From NCBI RefSeq assembly GCF_902713615.1, contig NW_024056010.1:434001-498000 (forward strand): a stretch of 64,000 nucleotides of DNA, given 5' to 3'. The translations under genes and the position numbers were made by a program. The notes beneath the pieces were generated by a model. The model was not told where the DNA came from and did no database searches. It saw only the letters and a program-made list of their open reading frames with translations. Below, in pieces: positions 50,515 through 61,589 of this stretch (position 1 is its first letter; every line of letters starts with the position of its first letter). This DNA comes from Scyliorhinus canicula (taxonomy: Eukaryota).

Positions 50515-51120
50515 ATCGCCTCTCGGCCTTTTGGCTAAGGTCAGCGTGAGGTCAGGTATAATAAGCCCACAAGACATAGGAGCAGAATTAGGCCACTCGG
50601 CCCATCGAGTCTGCTCTGCCATTCAATCATGGCTGATATTTTTCTCATCCCCATTCTCCTGCCTTCTCCCCATAACCCCTGATCCCCTTATTAATCAAGA
50701 ACCTATCTATCTCTGTCTTAAAGACACTCCGTGATTTAGCCTCCACAGCCTTCACAGCAATGAGTTCTACAGATTAACCACCCTCTGGCTGAAGAAATTC
50801 CTCCTCATCTCTGTTTTAAAGGATCATCCTTTAGCCTGAGATGGTGTCCTCTGCTTCTAGTTTTCCTACAAGTGGAAACATCCTCTCCACGTGCTCTCTA
50901 TCCAGACCTCACAGTATCATGTAAGTTACAATAAGATCCCCCCTCATCCTTCTAGTGCCTGGATCTGGGATGTCGCTCTCGTGGGGACCATGAATTGGAT
51001 TCAATTTGAATTGGTTTTTGGAGCAGGCAAGGAGCTGGATTAGGGGTTTGCTCCTGTCCACATTCTGAGATCTGGCTTTGTAACTCTGATAAAGTAATAA
51101 AAAGAAAACAATTTAAAAAA
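50515..51120 (+). mobile_element. U2-snRNA-derived retroposon (SINEU-like or chimeric U2 retrocopy), split by a CR1 fragment
   Basis: Starts at U2 nt 1 (atcgcctctcggccttttggctaagg); resumes ~50955 with U2-like ...ggtttttggagcagg...ggattaggggtttgctcctgtccac; non-U2 tail, AATAAA 51096, A-rich end; 14-bp TSD aggagtgg(a/g)atcac at 50501-50514 and 51121-51134. Confidence 0.85.
50567..50954 (-). mobile_element. CR1 3' end nested in the U2-derived element
   Basis: Near-identical to 45300-45670; tail ctaattctgctcctatgtcttgtgg. Confidence 0.85.
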
Positions 51121-51347
51121 AGGAGTGGGATCACAGTGGTCGGGATCAACGACTTGAGAAACAACAGCCTGAATTAAATGTAAATGGAGAATTTGAGTCT
51201 GGACTCGTGGAGTTTACAAAGCAGATATTTCTGTAGGTGTGTAGATAGGAAGAGATGAGTGAAAGTAAACTTGCCCCCATGAGAGACAGATAAAGAGGAA
51301 ATTATAATTGAAATAAGGAAATAACAGACACAAAACAAATACTTTTT

Positions 51348-51695
51348 AATCATAGAATTTAAAGTGCAGAAGGAGGCCATAAGGCCCATCGAGTCTGCAC
51401 CGGCTCTTGGAAAGAGCACCCTACCCAAGGTCAACACCTTCACCCTAGCCCCATAACTCAGTAACCCCACCCAACACTAAGGGCAATTTTAGACACTAAG
51501 GGCAATTTATCATGGCCAATCCACCTAACCTGCACATCTTTGGACTGTGGGAGGAAACCGGAGCACCCGGAGGAAACCCATGCACGCACGGGGAGGATGT
51601 GCAGACTCCGCACAGACAGTGACCCAAGCCGGAATCGAACCTGGGACCCTGGAGCTGTGAAGCAATTGTGCTATCCACAATGATACCGTGCTGTC
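51348..51695 (-). mobile_element. HE1-type SINE with CR1 tail
   Basis: Full head, body and ggcctccttctgcactttaaattctatgat tail; similar copies at 61013-61317(-) and 63507-63735(-). Confidence 0.85.
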
Positions 51696-52099
51696 ATCGT
51701 CGTAGGAAACCGAAACATTCTAATTACAAGGGGGAACTAAGGGTTCAGTGCAGGGGGCGGACGGCAACCTTAATACATGGAAGAGTCAACTTTAAAAAAA
51801 TTGGTCAACAATACAAATGTTTTATCAAATGCCAGTAATTATGAAAAACCAGTCAGACACACGTTTCAACATCAATTTGTAGAATTTTACAAAAAAGTTG
51901 TTGATTGAATGATGCTTTCTGACAATTATAATGTGAATAAAAGTTTAAAAAATGAAAAAGACCATTTAATTCCCATTGAAAATGTGTATGATTGATGAAG
52001 AGTGGAAGCTGCATGAATCCTGACTGAGCTGCAGACAGCTTTGCAGATGCAGGTTACAGATTCCCTTATCCAGTCCGAATGAGGAACCTATAGAAATAG

Positions 52100-52664
52100 T
52101 GTCATGTGAGAGTACCTTTAAGAAATGGGTGATAACTACTGCAGTGATGTCAGAGAGTGGGTGGAGCTAGGCTGTCTGTCACTTTCGTTTTTGAGCAGGC
52201 TGCAGGGTGTGTTTTAGTTTTGTTTTCAGTGTTGGAGCTAAAGCCAGACCAAGTAGGTGTTCTGCTGTTCTCTCTGCCATCAAAACACTATCTCTTGATC
52301 ATTTGGTGAATTCAGAATTATAAATGTTTTCAGTAGTGACGTTAACCTGATCTGCTTCTTTTAAAAAGGTGTTTCTTTTGTAAGTTTTCTGGATGTTAAA
52401 AGGACAGCGCAAACATTACTTAGTGTTGTATTCTTTGGGAGTTGTATTTGAATTAATGGTTGCTAAGATGTTCACTGTATGTTTCAAAAAGGTTAACTTG
52501 AGTTCATAGAATAAACATTGTTTTGCTTTAAAAAAAATACTTTTCCATTTCTGCTGTACCTTTAGAGTGGGCCGTGTGCTCCCCATACCACAATCTATTA
52601 AAAGTTGGGGGTCAGGTGAATTCCATGATACACTTTGGGATTCTCTAAACCCTGGCCCATAACA
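52100..52664 (+). mobile_element. Solo LTR (4-bp TSD, Gypsy-like) inserted in a CR1 remnant
   Basis: TGTCATG...CATAACA termini; TSD ATAG at 52096-52099 and 52665-52668; AATAAA at 52510. Confidence 0.85.
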
Positions 52665-53889
52665 ATAGAGAGTGGAGAAATTAATGGGATTAAATGGTGA
52701 CTATATCCTCTGGTCCAGACACCCTACTTCCTTACTTTCCAAGGACTGGAAAGTAGAAAACATAGCCTCACTATTCCAGACTGTAGAAAGAGATAAAATG
52801 GGAAACTACCTTCCAGTTAGCCAAATATCAAGTGTAAGCGAAATGCTAGAATCTATCCTTATTATTCGGGACTGGGTGCTGATAAAATCAGACTAGGCCT
52901 AAATTTTGTGGTGGTTAGAAAAATGAGAGGAGATCCCATTAGAACATACGATTCATAAAGGTCTGGAGAGGTTAGACGCTGTGAAGATGTTTTATTTTCC
53001 TGACTGGGGAATCTGGGACACTGACTCTCAGTCTCAGAATAAAGGGTTGCCCATTTCAGATTGTGTTGAGCAATTTCTTCACCAAGGTTGTGAATTTCTG
53101 GAATTCTCTCTCCCAGAGAGCAATGGATGCTCAGTCAGTGAGTGTAGTTAAGACAAATTGATATATTTTTGTGTATAAAGGGAATTGAGAGCTATGGGGA
53201 GAGTACAGGGAGATGGAGTTGGAGTAGACAATCAGTGATGATCGAGGAGGCGGTGGTGTAGTGGTATTGTCACAGGGTCAGTAATCCAGAGACCCAGGGG
53301 ACTGCTCCTGGGATCTGGGTTTGAATCCCACTATGGCAGATGGTCAAATTTGAATTCAATAAAAATCTTATGATGACCATGAAAACAATTATCAATTGTT
53401 GTAAAAACTATCTAATGCCCAACAGGGAAGTAAATATGCCACCATTATCTGGTCTGGCCTACATGTGACTCCAGACCCACATAAATGACCTCTGAAATGG
53501 CAAATCAGTTCAAGGACAATTTAGGAATGGGCAACAAATGCTGGCTCAGCCAGTGATAGACACATCCCCTGGACAAATAAAACAAGAATAGCAGGACAGG
53601 CTCGAAGGACCGAATGGCCTATTCCTGCTCATTATGTTCATTAAACCTCAGTCTGGTTCCCCTCAAGCTGCTGAGTGAGTGAATTAAATCTTTCCTCACA
53701 AATCACAAAGGCGCCAGACGACAAGTCAGGACATAAACATTGTTTATCGGCTACAAATTACCAATTTATCTCGGCACACAGACCCTTCATTGGCACAGAA
53801 TCAGAAGGAGGCCATTCAGCCCATCAGTCTGTACCGACCCTCCAAAAGAGCATCTGACCTGGTCCCACTACCCTGCCTTATCTCTGTAA

Positions 53890-54070
53890 TCCCACCCAAC
53901 CTTCACATCCTTGGACACTAAGGGATAATTTAGCAGTGCCCATCCAGCTAACCTGCACACCTTTGGACACTAAGGGATAATTTAGCATAGCCAATCCAGC
54001 CAACCTGCACATCTTTGGACACTAAGGGATAATTTAGCATAGCCAATCCAGCTAACCTGCACATCTTTGA
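53890..54070. repeat. Three 52-bp tandem copies of a SINE body segment
   Basis: ttggacactaagggataatttagca...acctgcaca(c/t)ct at 53911, 53963 and 54015. Confidence 0.85.
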
Positions 54071-54624
54071 ACTAAATCCAAATCATGGCCAAGTGCAATC
54101 GGAGTTATCCAGCAGTTCAGCACTAATGGGGAGAGATATTTCACAAAACAAGTAACATCCAGTAATTCACTGTAAATCAGCACTGATGGATGCTGAGTGT
54201 TCATTACAGCAGGATCAGAGTCTGAGGTTAGAAATTGGTGAGTTTACTTTCAGAGTAATTCCATCAATATCTGACAAGTTAACAGCTTTGAACAGCTCCT
54301 TTATCAAATAGCTCGAACCTGATGATTACAAACATTCAGAGCTTACACAGCCTTATCCTCGAGTTTCAGAACAGACTTTCCCCTGTCAATATACTGCTGC
54401 AGGATTGGATTGAGATTTGTTTATTGTTCATGTTCAGTTCAATGCAAATTTAAAACAAGGTTTGCAGAGATGATGTTCTATTCACGCATGAATGAGACAT
54501 GCTGTGGGGCACACATCAAGTCCAATAAGGCTGCTTTACATCAGAAATAAATTCCTAACTATCAGAATAAACAGTCCTGGATGTGATTAACAGCAGCAAT
54601 AACAGCAGAATCACACCCCTGTAA

Positions 54625-55750
54625 TCACTGGCGAACTCGCTGGTGTCTCAGCAGGTTGTATGACTGGGTAAATCCCTTCCGGCACGTGGAACAAGTGAAT
54701 GGCTTCTCTTCGCTGTGAACCTGCTGGTGCCTCAGCAGAGTGGATGACCGGGTGAATCCTTTCCCACACTCAGTGCAGGTGAATGGTCTCTCTCCAGTAT
54801 GGAATCGCTGGTGTACAGTGAGGTCGCTTGATCTCCTGAACCCAGTCCCGCATTAAGAACACGTGAACGGTCTCTCATCAGTGAACACGTTGATGGTGCC
54901 GCAATTCCTCAGAACTTTTATAGCACTTCCTGCAGTCTGGGCATTTAAACAGTCTCTCCTCACTGTGAACACGTTGGTGTTTCTGCAGGTTGGATGATCG
55001 ATTAAATCCCTTCCCACATTCACAGCACATGAACGGCCTGTCTCCAGTGTGAATGTGCTCATGTGCCACAAGGTGGAAAGATGTCCTGAACCCCTTTCGG
55101 CAGTGAGAGCAGCTGAACGGTGTGGAACCGGTGTGACTGTACTGATGCTCCCTCAGTGTGCGTGGACTTTTAAAACTCTTTCCACAATCAGTTTAATCAA
55201 TTAAACTCTTTCTTGTCTGTGTGAACTCGCTGGTGTTTCTGCAGAGCAGAGAAATCAGTGCTTCCCTTCCCACACACCGAGCAGGTGAATGGCCTCTCCC
55301 CTGTGAATGCGCCGACGAGTAAATCCCTTTCCACATTTGGAGCAGGTGAACTGCCTCTCCCTGCTGTGAATGCACTGGTGTATCAACAGGCCAGCCAACT
55401 GTGTGAATCCCTTCCCACACACTGAGCAGGTGAAAGGTCTCTCTCCAGTGTGTGTGTCGGTGACATTCCAGGCCAACTCGATAATTGAATCCTCTCCCAC
55501 AGTCTCCACATTTATACAGTCTTTCCCCATTATGACTGCACTTGTGTCTCATCAGGCCAGATGAACGCTTGAAACTGTGTCCACACACAGAACACATATG
55601 CAGTTTTACCCCACTGTGAACGGCACTTTTTCCTTCCATGTTCAAAAGCTGATGATATTCAGATCCTGAAGAATCGAGTGATTGTGTCAGATCTTGACCT
55701 GGTCTTTGATTTACGATTGTCTGTAATTTCTCATCTTCTAATACCCTGAA
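54625..55750 (-). pseudogene. ZF-8: frameshifted ZNF pseudogene (MEGKS subfamily)
   Basis: Leader QDLTQSLDSSGSEYHQLLNMEGKSAVHSG is open; finger array is broken across several frames (ORFs 55193-55897, 55255-55530, 54878-55069). Confidence 0.85.
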
Positions 55751-56439
55751 AAATGAACTGAAAACTGAAAGAGGGAAACATGAGAAACAAGCCACAAAAA
55801 CACAAAGGCAAGTTGTGAAATTCAGCTGAACACATCTGGTAAATTGTGGGGTTGGAACTAAGGTGAAGTGGTAAGAAAGTGGCTGGAATTGTTCCAAATG
55901 TTCACTAACGTCCTTCCAAAGATTTTATTTTTAAAATCTATATAAGACCTGCAATAAAATAAAATCCATGACCGCTGCCACCGAGAAGGATGAGGGGTGA
56001 AGACACTTGGGAAAAAACACCACCTGGAAATTTCCCTCCAAGCCACTCACCACCCTGACAAGGAGATATATTGCAATTCCTCCAGGAAATTCCTGGAATT
56101 CCCTTCCTAACAGCACCGTGAGTGTTCCTAAACTACATTGACTGCAGCAGTTCAGGAAGGCAACTCACCAGCAACTTCTCAAGGGCCACCAGGGATTGGC
56201 ATTAAATGTTGGCTGAACCAGCCACACGCACCTTCCATGAATGAATTATTAAAACTGACCTGGAATATCCACGCAAATACAATCCTGACAGTTACTAGGA
56301 TAATGAAGGGTCTGTGCACATGGGTTTATGTATTACTTGGTTCCTAATTTTATAAATTTCCCATTTTCCTCCAATATCCACATCACAGCAAAAAAGATCA
56401 CGACTAACTAATTAGTATTTTCGATTAGTATTTCCAGCT

Positions 56440-56540
56440 TTGACAAAGGGTTATCTGGACTCGAAACGTGAGCTCTTTTTTCTCTCTACAGATGCTGCTA
56501 AACTTGCTGATATTTTCCAGCATTTTCACTTCATTTTAGT
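56440..56540 (+). mobile_element. Penelope-type pLTR fragment
   Basis: ttgacaaagggttatctggactcgaaacgtgagctc...cagatgctgc...ttttccagcatttt, same family as the copies at 14.0 and 24.8 kb. Confidence 0.65.
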
Positions 56541-56843
56541 ATTTTCGACGGCGATTTCGTTACCCAGCATTCCCCGCGCTTGTGAATGTCCCCTATTCAC
56601 ACCAGAGCAAGGTACTGCACAGGCGCAGTATCGCCCACTATGGGAGCATGCGCAGTGTAAGTTATGGCGATGGGGAGAGTCGCTCTTTTGTCGTCTGTGC
56701 AGCGGGAAGGATGCGGAATCTCTGAGGGATCGATGGGGACGGATCTGGATAGGGAGGGTTTCTAAACACCTGGTGAGGGCCTCAAACCCCGAATGAGACT
56801 CTGCAGGTCCCGCGTTTCCAGCTCCGCGGATCTTTTTTCCCCA

Positions 56844-57041
56844 TGATGTGGAGATGCCGGCGTTGGACTGGGGTGAGCACAGTAAGAAATCTTACAACAC
56901 CAGGTTAAAGTCCAACAGGTTTGTTTCAAACACGAGCTTTCGGAGCACGGCTCCTCCTCACCTGAAGAAGGAGCCGTGCTCCGAAAGCTCGTGTTTGAAA
57001 CAAACCTGTTGGACTTTAACCTGGTGTTGTAAGACTTCTTA
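56844..57041. mobile_element. Palindromic Penelope-type insertion (second family)
   Basis: 75-bp inverted arms 56881-56955/56969-57043 with one mismatch; 12-bp TSD cttttttcccca at 56832-56843 and 57042-57053; decayed relative at ~46245-46345. Confidence 0.85.
56959..56993 (+). ncRNA. Minimal type-I hammerhead ribozyme motif
   Basis: cac-CTGAAGA-a-ggagc-cgt-gctcc-GAAA-gc-TC-gtg: core CUGANGA/GAAA/UH, 5-bp stem II, palindromic AGCU stem III, cac/gtg stem I. Confidence 0.75.
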
Positions 57042-58469
57042 CTTTTTTCCCCAGACACAGCTTATGGCTAACGGTCACCATTTTGGTTCAGCGCGGAGCG
57101 CATGCGCTGTGTCTTTAAGACGCAGCAGAGAGTAGGCGGAGCTTCAGGTTTCTGTTCTCACCGGGTCCTCCAGGACAGCACGTTTTAAAACATATTCCCC
57201 ACTTTCGGGTTGGGCATGATGTTCGCGGCCTGGAGGGGTATTTGGGTCATATAATTTTATTTTAAAAAATGAATTTAGAGCATCCAGTTTTATTCCAATT
57301 AAGGAGCAATATACCGTGGCCAATTCAGCTCCCCTTTCTTTTGGGTTGTGGGGGGAGACTCACAGAGACACGGGGAATATGTGTCAACTTCACACGGACA
57401 GTGACCCGGGGCCGGGTCTTTGGCCGGGTGAGACAGCAATGCTTCCCAATTTGAGCCTTATATTTATTTTCAGTGAAAGGTTAGCCCCTAATAATAATAA
57501 CCTTTTATTGTCACCAGTATGAAGTTTCTGTGAAAAGCCCCTAGCGCCACATTCCGGCGTTTGTTTGGGTAAGCTGGTACGAGAATTGAACCCATGCCGT
57601 TGGCCTTATTCTGCATCACAAACCAGCTATCTAGCCCACTGAGCTAAATCAGCTATATAGCCCCTGTATACCTGAAGGAACTGCTTCTCCATTTGGTTTA
57701 CATTTCAACCCCACACTCCGAATCAGTGCCTGCCAAGTGTGGAGGGACTGAATAAGTCAGACGATCTGCTCCCGGGCCTGATTAAAAGAACAATTTACAG
57801 AGCGGCAGGGGGTAACTCTGGCTGTCGGCACATCTTCTGTGGTCTTGTCAATTCCCGGGTGGTCCTGGAGAGGGGGCGTGCGATGTCTTCCGGAACACTT
57901 GAAACCTTCCACACCGGTGGACACCTCAGGGTATAGAATGCCTCATAGACACTGGAAACAACATTCTGGTTTAGTTGAGAAGGAAGTTTGATTGGACCAT
58001 AAGTTTGGGGAAACAAGAGAGAGAAAAAATCATAGAAACTGTAATTGACGGTTCTAAATTTCTATCCTGTACAAATGGTAATACTGACACTGTCGATGTC
58101 TTTTACAAAGTACAAGAGGATGATGATTTGCTGATGGGAAACTCAAACCAAACATCACATCGAGATCTGACAGAGTTACTCAATTCATGAGGACCTGAAT
58201 ACCATCCGTCTTTGAATGTGGAAGGAGAAATGTTTGTCTGTTCTGTCTGTGGGAAAAGATTTCAAACGTCAGTGTGACAGGAAAAGCACCGAGACACACA
58301 CACAACCGAGTGAGAGTGATCCAGTGAACTGACTGTGGAAAGAGCTTTAACCAGTTACACAGCCTGAAAAAACATCACCCCATTCACTGCCAGGAGAAAC
58401 ACGTGTTGTGTGTGTGGACGAGGCTTCCACTGACCATCCAAACTGGACAGACACAACAACACTGACACC

Positions 58470-59435
58470 ATGGAGAAACCGTGGAAATGTGGGGACTGTG
58501 GGAAGGGATTCAATTACCCATCCCTGCTGGAAATGCATCGACGCAGTCACACTGGAGAGAGGCCGTTCACCTGCTCCACGTGTGAGAAGGGATTCATTCA
58601 GTCATCCCACCTGCTGACCCACCAGCAAGTTCACATTGATGAGAAGCTGTTTAACCAGTCAGACTGTGATAACAACTCTAAAAGCTCCGAGGACCTGGTC
58701 AAGCACCAGGTTGTTCGCACTGAGAGACAGTTCAGCTGCTCTCACTGTGGGAAGCTATTCAAACGATCACAGAATCTCATTGAACACGAACGCACTCACA
58801 CTGGGGAGAGACCATTCACCTGCTCTGTGTGTGGGAAAGGATTCACACGATCATCCCACCTTGCTACTCACAGACTGGTTCACAGTGATAACAGACCTTT
58901 CAAATGTACTGAATGTGAGAAGAGTTATAAAACCACAAGTGATCTGCTGATACACCAGCGAGTTCACAATGAGGAGAGGCCGTTCAGATGTACAGTGTGT
59001 GGGAAGGGATTTACTCAGTTATCTGGCCTCCAGAAACACCAGCGAGTTCACACTGGGGAGAGGTCATTCACCTGCTCCTTATGTGGAAAAGGGTTCATTT
59101 ATTTAACTAGCCTCAGATCACATAAACTTGTTCACTCGGATAAGAAACCTTTCAAATGTTCTGAATGTGAGAAGAGCTTTAAAACCACAAGTGTTCTGCT
59201 GAGACACCAGCGGGTTCACACTGGGGAGAAGCCGTTCACCTGTTCTGACTGTGGGAAGGGATTCACTCGCTCATCCAACCTGCTAACACATCAGCGAGTT
59301 CACACCGGGGAGAGGCCGTTCACCTGCTCGGACTGTGGGAAGGGATTCACTTACTCATCCCACCTGCTGACACACCAGCATACTCACACCGGGGTGAGAC
59401 CGTTCACCTTCTTTGAGGATGGGAAGTTCATCTGA
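58470..59435 (+). CDS. C2H2 zinc-finger protein ZF-9 (10 intact fingers, 1 degenerate, truncated last)
   Basis: accATGG at 58470; [10 protein letters not shown] start; 321-aa ORF. Confidence 0.9.
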   Translation: MEKPWKCGDCGKGFNYPSLLEMHRRSHTGERPFTCSTCEKGFIQSSHLLTHQQVHIDEKLFNQSDCDNNSKSSEDLVKHQVVRTERQFSCSHCGKLFKRSQNLIEHERTHTGERPFTCSVCGKGFTRSSHLATHRLVHSDNRPFKCTECEKSYKTTSDLLIHQRVHNEERPFRCTVCGKGFTQLSGLQKHQRVHTGERSFTCSLCGKGFIYLTSLRSHKLVHSDKKPFKCSECEKSFKTTSVLLRHQRVHTGEKPFTCSDCGKGFTRSSNLLTHQRVHTGERPFTCSDCGKGFTYSSHLLTHQHTHTGVRPFTFFEDGKFI

Positions 59436-59879
59436 CACAGCAACAGGTTGATAAGTGTCTGCAGGGTTTGGATTCTGCTGTTATTGCTGCTGTTAATCAC
59501 ATCCAGGACTGAACCATGTTCATTCTGACTGTTGGAGTTTGTTTTTGCTGATGTTAATAATCCCAATAACTGGGCTGGAGTTTATTCCTCTGGATCAATG
59601 TCAAATGAACTAATATTGTTTCAGACACACAATCGAGACCCTCATTTCGCCAGGATAAGAGGAGATGAATTGATGTCCTGTTACTGACTGCTGCATTTTT
59701 ATGGCCTTTCCTCCTTTCTAACTCCAGACTATTTCAGTTCTCACACCGTCAGTTACTCTCACAGCCATGTCCCAGCTCCCCATCGCTTCCAGTGTGTCTG
59801 TCTTAGCTTTGTCATCCAGGGGAGGTATTGGTAACAAACTCAGGATCACTAAACACAAACCCAGTCATTTGTACTGATG

Positions 59880-61520
59880 TACTTGTCTCCCCAATCACTG
59901 AGGATGGTGATGTTTGTGGGGCCTCCTCCTACTGTGATTTGTTTAATTGTTCACCACCGTATAGATGTAGCAGGACAGCAGCTTTGATCTGAACCGCTGT
60001 GTGTGAGATCGCTTAGCCTTGCCTAGAGCATGCTGCTTCACTGTTTAGCAAGCTTATAGTCTCCTGTTATAGGGTCACCAGATTGGAATGTGTTTTAGGG
60101 AAACCTGGTGCTGCCCCTGACATGTTCTCCTCCACTGCATGTTGAACCAGGGTTGGTCCCTTGGCTTGATGGTACTGGTAGAGTGAGGGATATGCCAGCC
60201 TATGAGGTTACAGATTGTGTTTGAATATAATGCTGCTGATGGCTCACAGCACCTCATGGATGCCCAGTTTCATTTAGATCTGTCCTGAATCTATCCCATT
60301 TAGCACAGTGATAGGCAGGACTATGGAGGCTATATTTTATATTCCAGCCCCCTAACAGAAAAGGCTTCCTAATTACTCGCGGTTCCTGCATGTTACCTTT
60401 CTGGGATTATTTTAGGACACACAGTCCACTCTGTCCTGCATCATTCTGCACTCTCTCTCCATTTAAATAATGTTGTTTTTTCTATTCTTGCTGCCAAACA
60501 TTTTCCCACATTTACTCCATCTGCTAAAGTTAATGTCCAGTCAATTGAACATATCTGACGCTTTTCAGACTCTGTATCCTCCTTAAACAACTTGCCTTCC
60601 TACCTATCTCTGTATCAACAAGAAGTTTGGCGCAAACACAGTTGGTTCTTTCATCCACATCATTGATATTGGTTGGAAATAGGTTTTGGCCCCGGCACTG
60701 ATCCCTGCAACACTCCAATAGTTACAGTTTGCTGACCTGAAAATAGACACGGACCGCACAGTGGTCCCAATATAATTATGGACAGATGAATCTGCGACCG
60801 TTAGGTTGGTGAGGATGAGGTCAAGTGTGTTTATCCCTTCTTGGTTCCCTCACTACCTGCTGCACACCCAGTCCAGCAGCGAGACCTCCTTCAGGACACA
60901 GACAGCTCAGTGGTGGTACCAAGCGAGTCTTGGTGATGGGCATTCCCCCACCCACAGTACCTTGAATGCCCACCCCCTCCCTCCCCCACCCCCCCAGTGC
61001 TTATTCCAAGTAATCATAGAATTTACAGTGCAGGAGGCCATTCGGCCCATTGAGTCTGCACCAGCTCTTGGAAAGAGCACCCTACCCAAGGTCAACACCT
61101 CCACCCTATCCCCACCCAACACTAAGGGCAATTTATCATGGCCAATCCACCTAACCTGCATTCTTTGGACTGTGGGAGGAAACCGGAGCACCCGGAGGAA
61201 ACCCACGCACACACGGGGAGGATGTGCAGACTCCACACAGTGACCCAAGCCAGAATCGAACCTGGGACCCTGGAGCTGTGAAGCAATTGCGCTATCCACA
61301 ATGCTACCGTGCTGCCCATGTTCAACATGGAGGAGTATTGATTCGGTGGCTGAAGGAGGGCAGTAATCAACATGAGATTTCCTTGCCCATGTTTGACCCG
61401 ACACCATGAGATTTCATGGGGCTCAGCATCAATGTTGAGGACACCCAGGACCATCTGTCACACTGTGTACTTCCGTGCTGCTATCTCTACTCTGGTCTGA
61501 CCTGCTGGTGGGACAGGACA
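59880..61520 (-). mobile_element. Decayed non-LTR retrotransposon fragments (APE region) with nested CR1 and SINE
   Basis: HIPHSTSTIKPRDQPWFN and EPHEISWCRVKHGQGNLMLIT are LINE endonuclease/linker motifs; clade not determined. Confidence 0.55.
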
Positions 61521-61589
61521 TTTTGACACGAAGAATAAAAGAGAAGCACATTATCTAAATGGTGAGAGAGTGCAGAGCTCTTGAGTTGC

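Larger units (their letters stand above)
56545..57240. promoter_or_regulatory. CpG-island promoter between ZF-8 (-) and ZF-9 (+)
   Basis: CpG-rich; NRF1-like gcatgcgcag ~56645 and gcgcatgcgc ~57098; atggcg; aggcggagc. Confidence 0.65.

Noticed and set aside
50515-51062. Functional U2 snRNA gene
   Set aside because: Branch-point pairing region and Sm site are altered, stem-loop IV is missing, a LINE interrupts it, and it carries a TSD and A-rich tail.
58320-58345. In-frame TGA at the first Cys position of a leader finger (FQ*TDC) in several paralogues, suggesting selenocysteine
   Set aside because: The leader has other stops and frame-breaking CA-repeat variation upstream, one copy has TTA, and no SECIS-like structure was recognisable; an inherited nonsense mutation is simpler.
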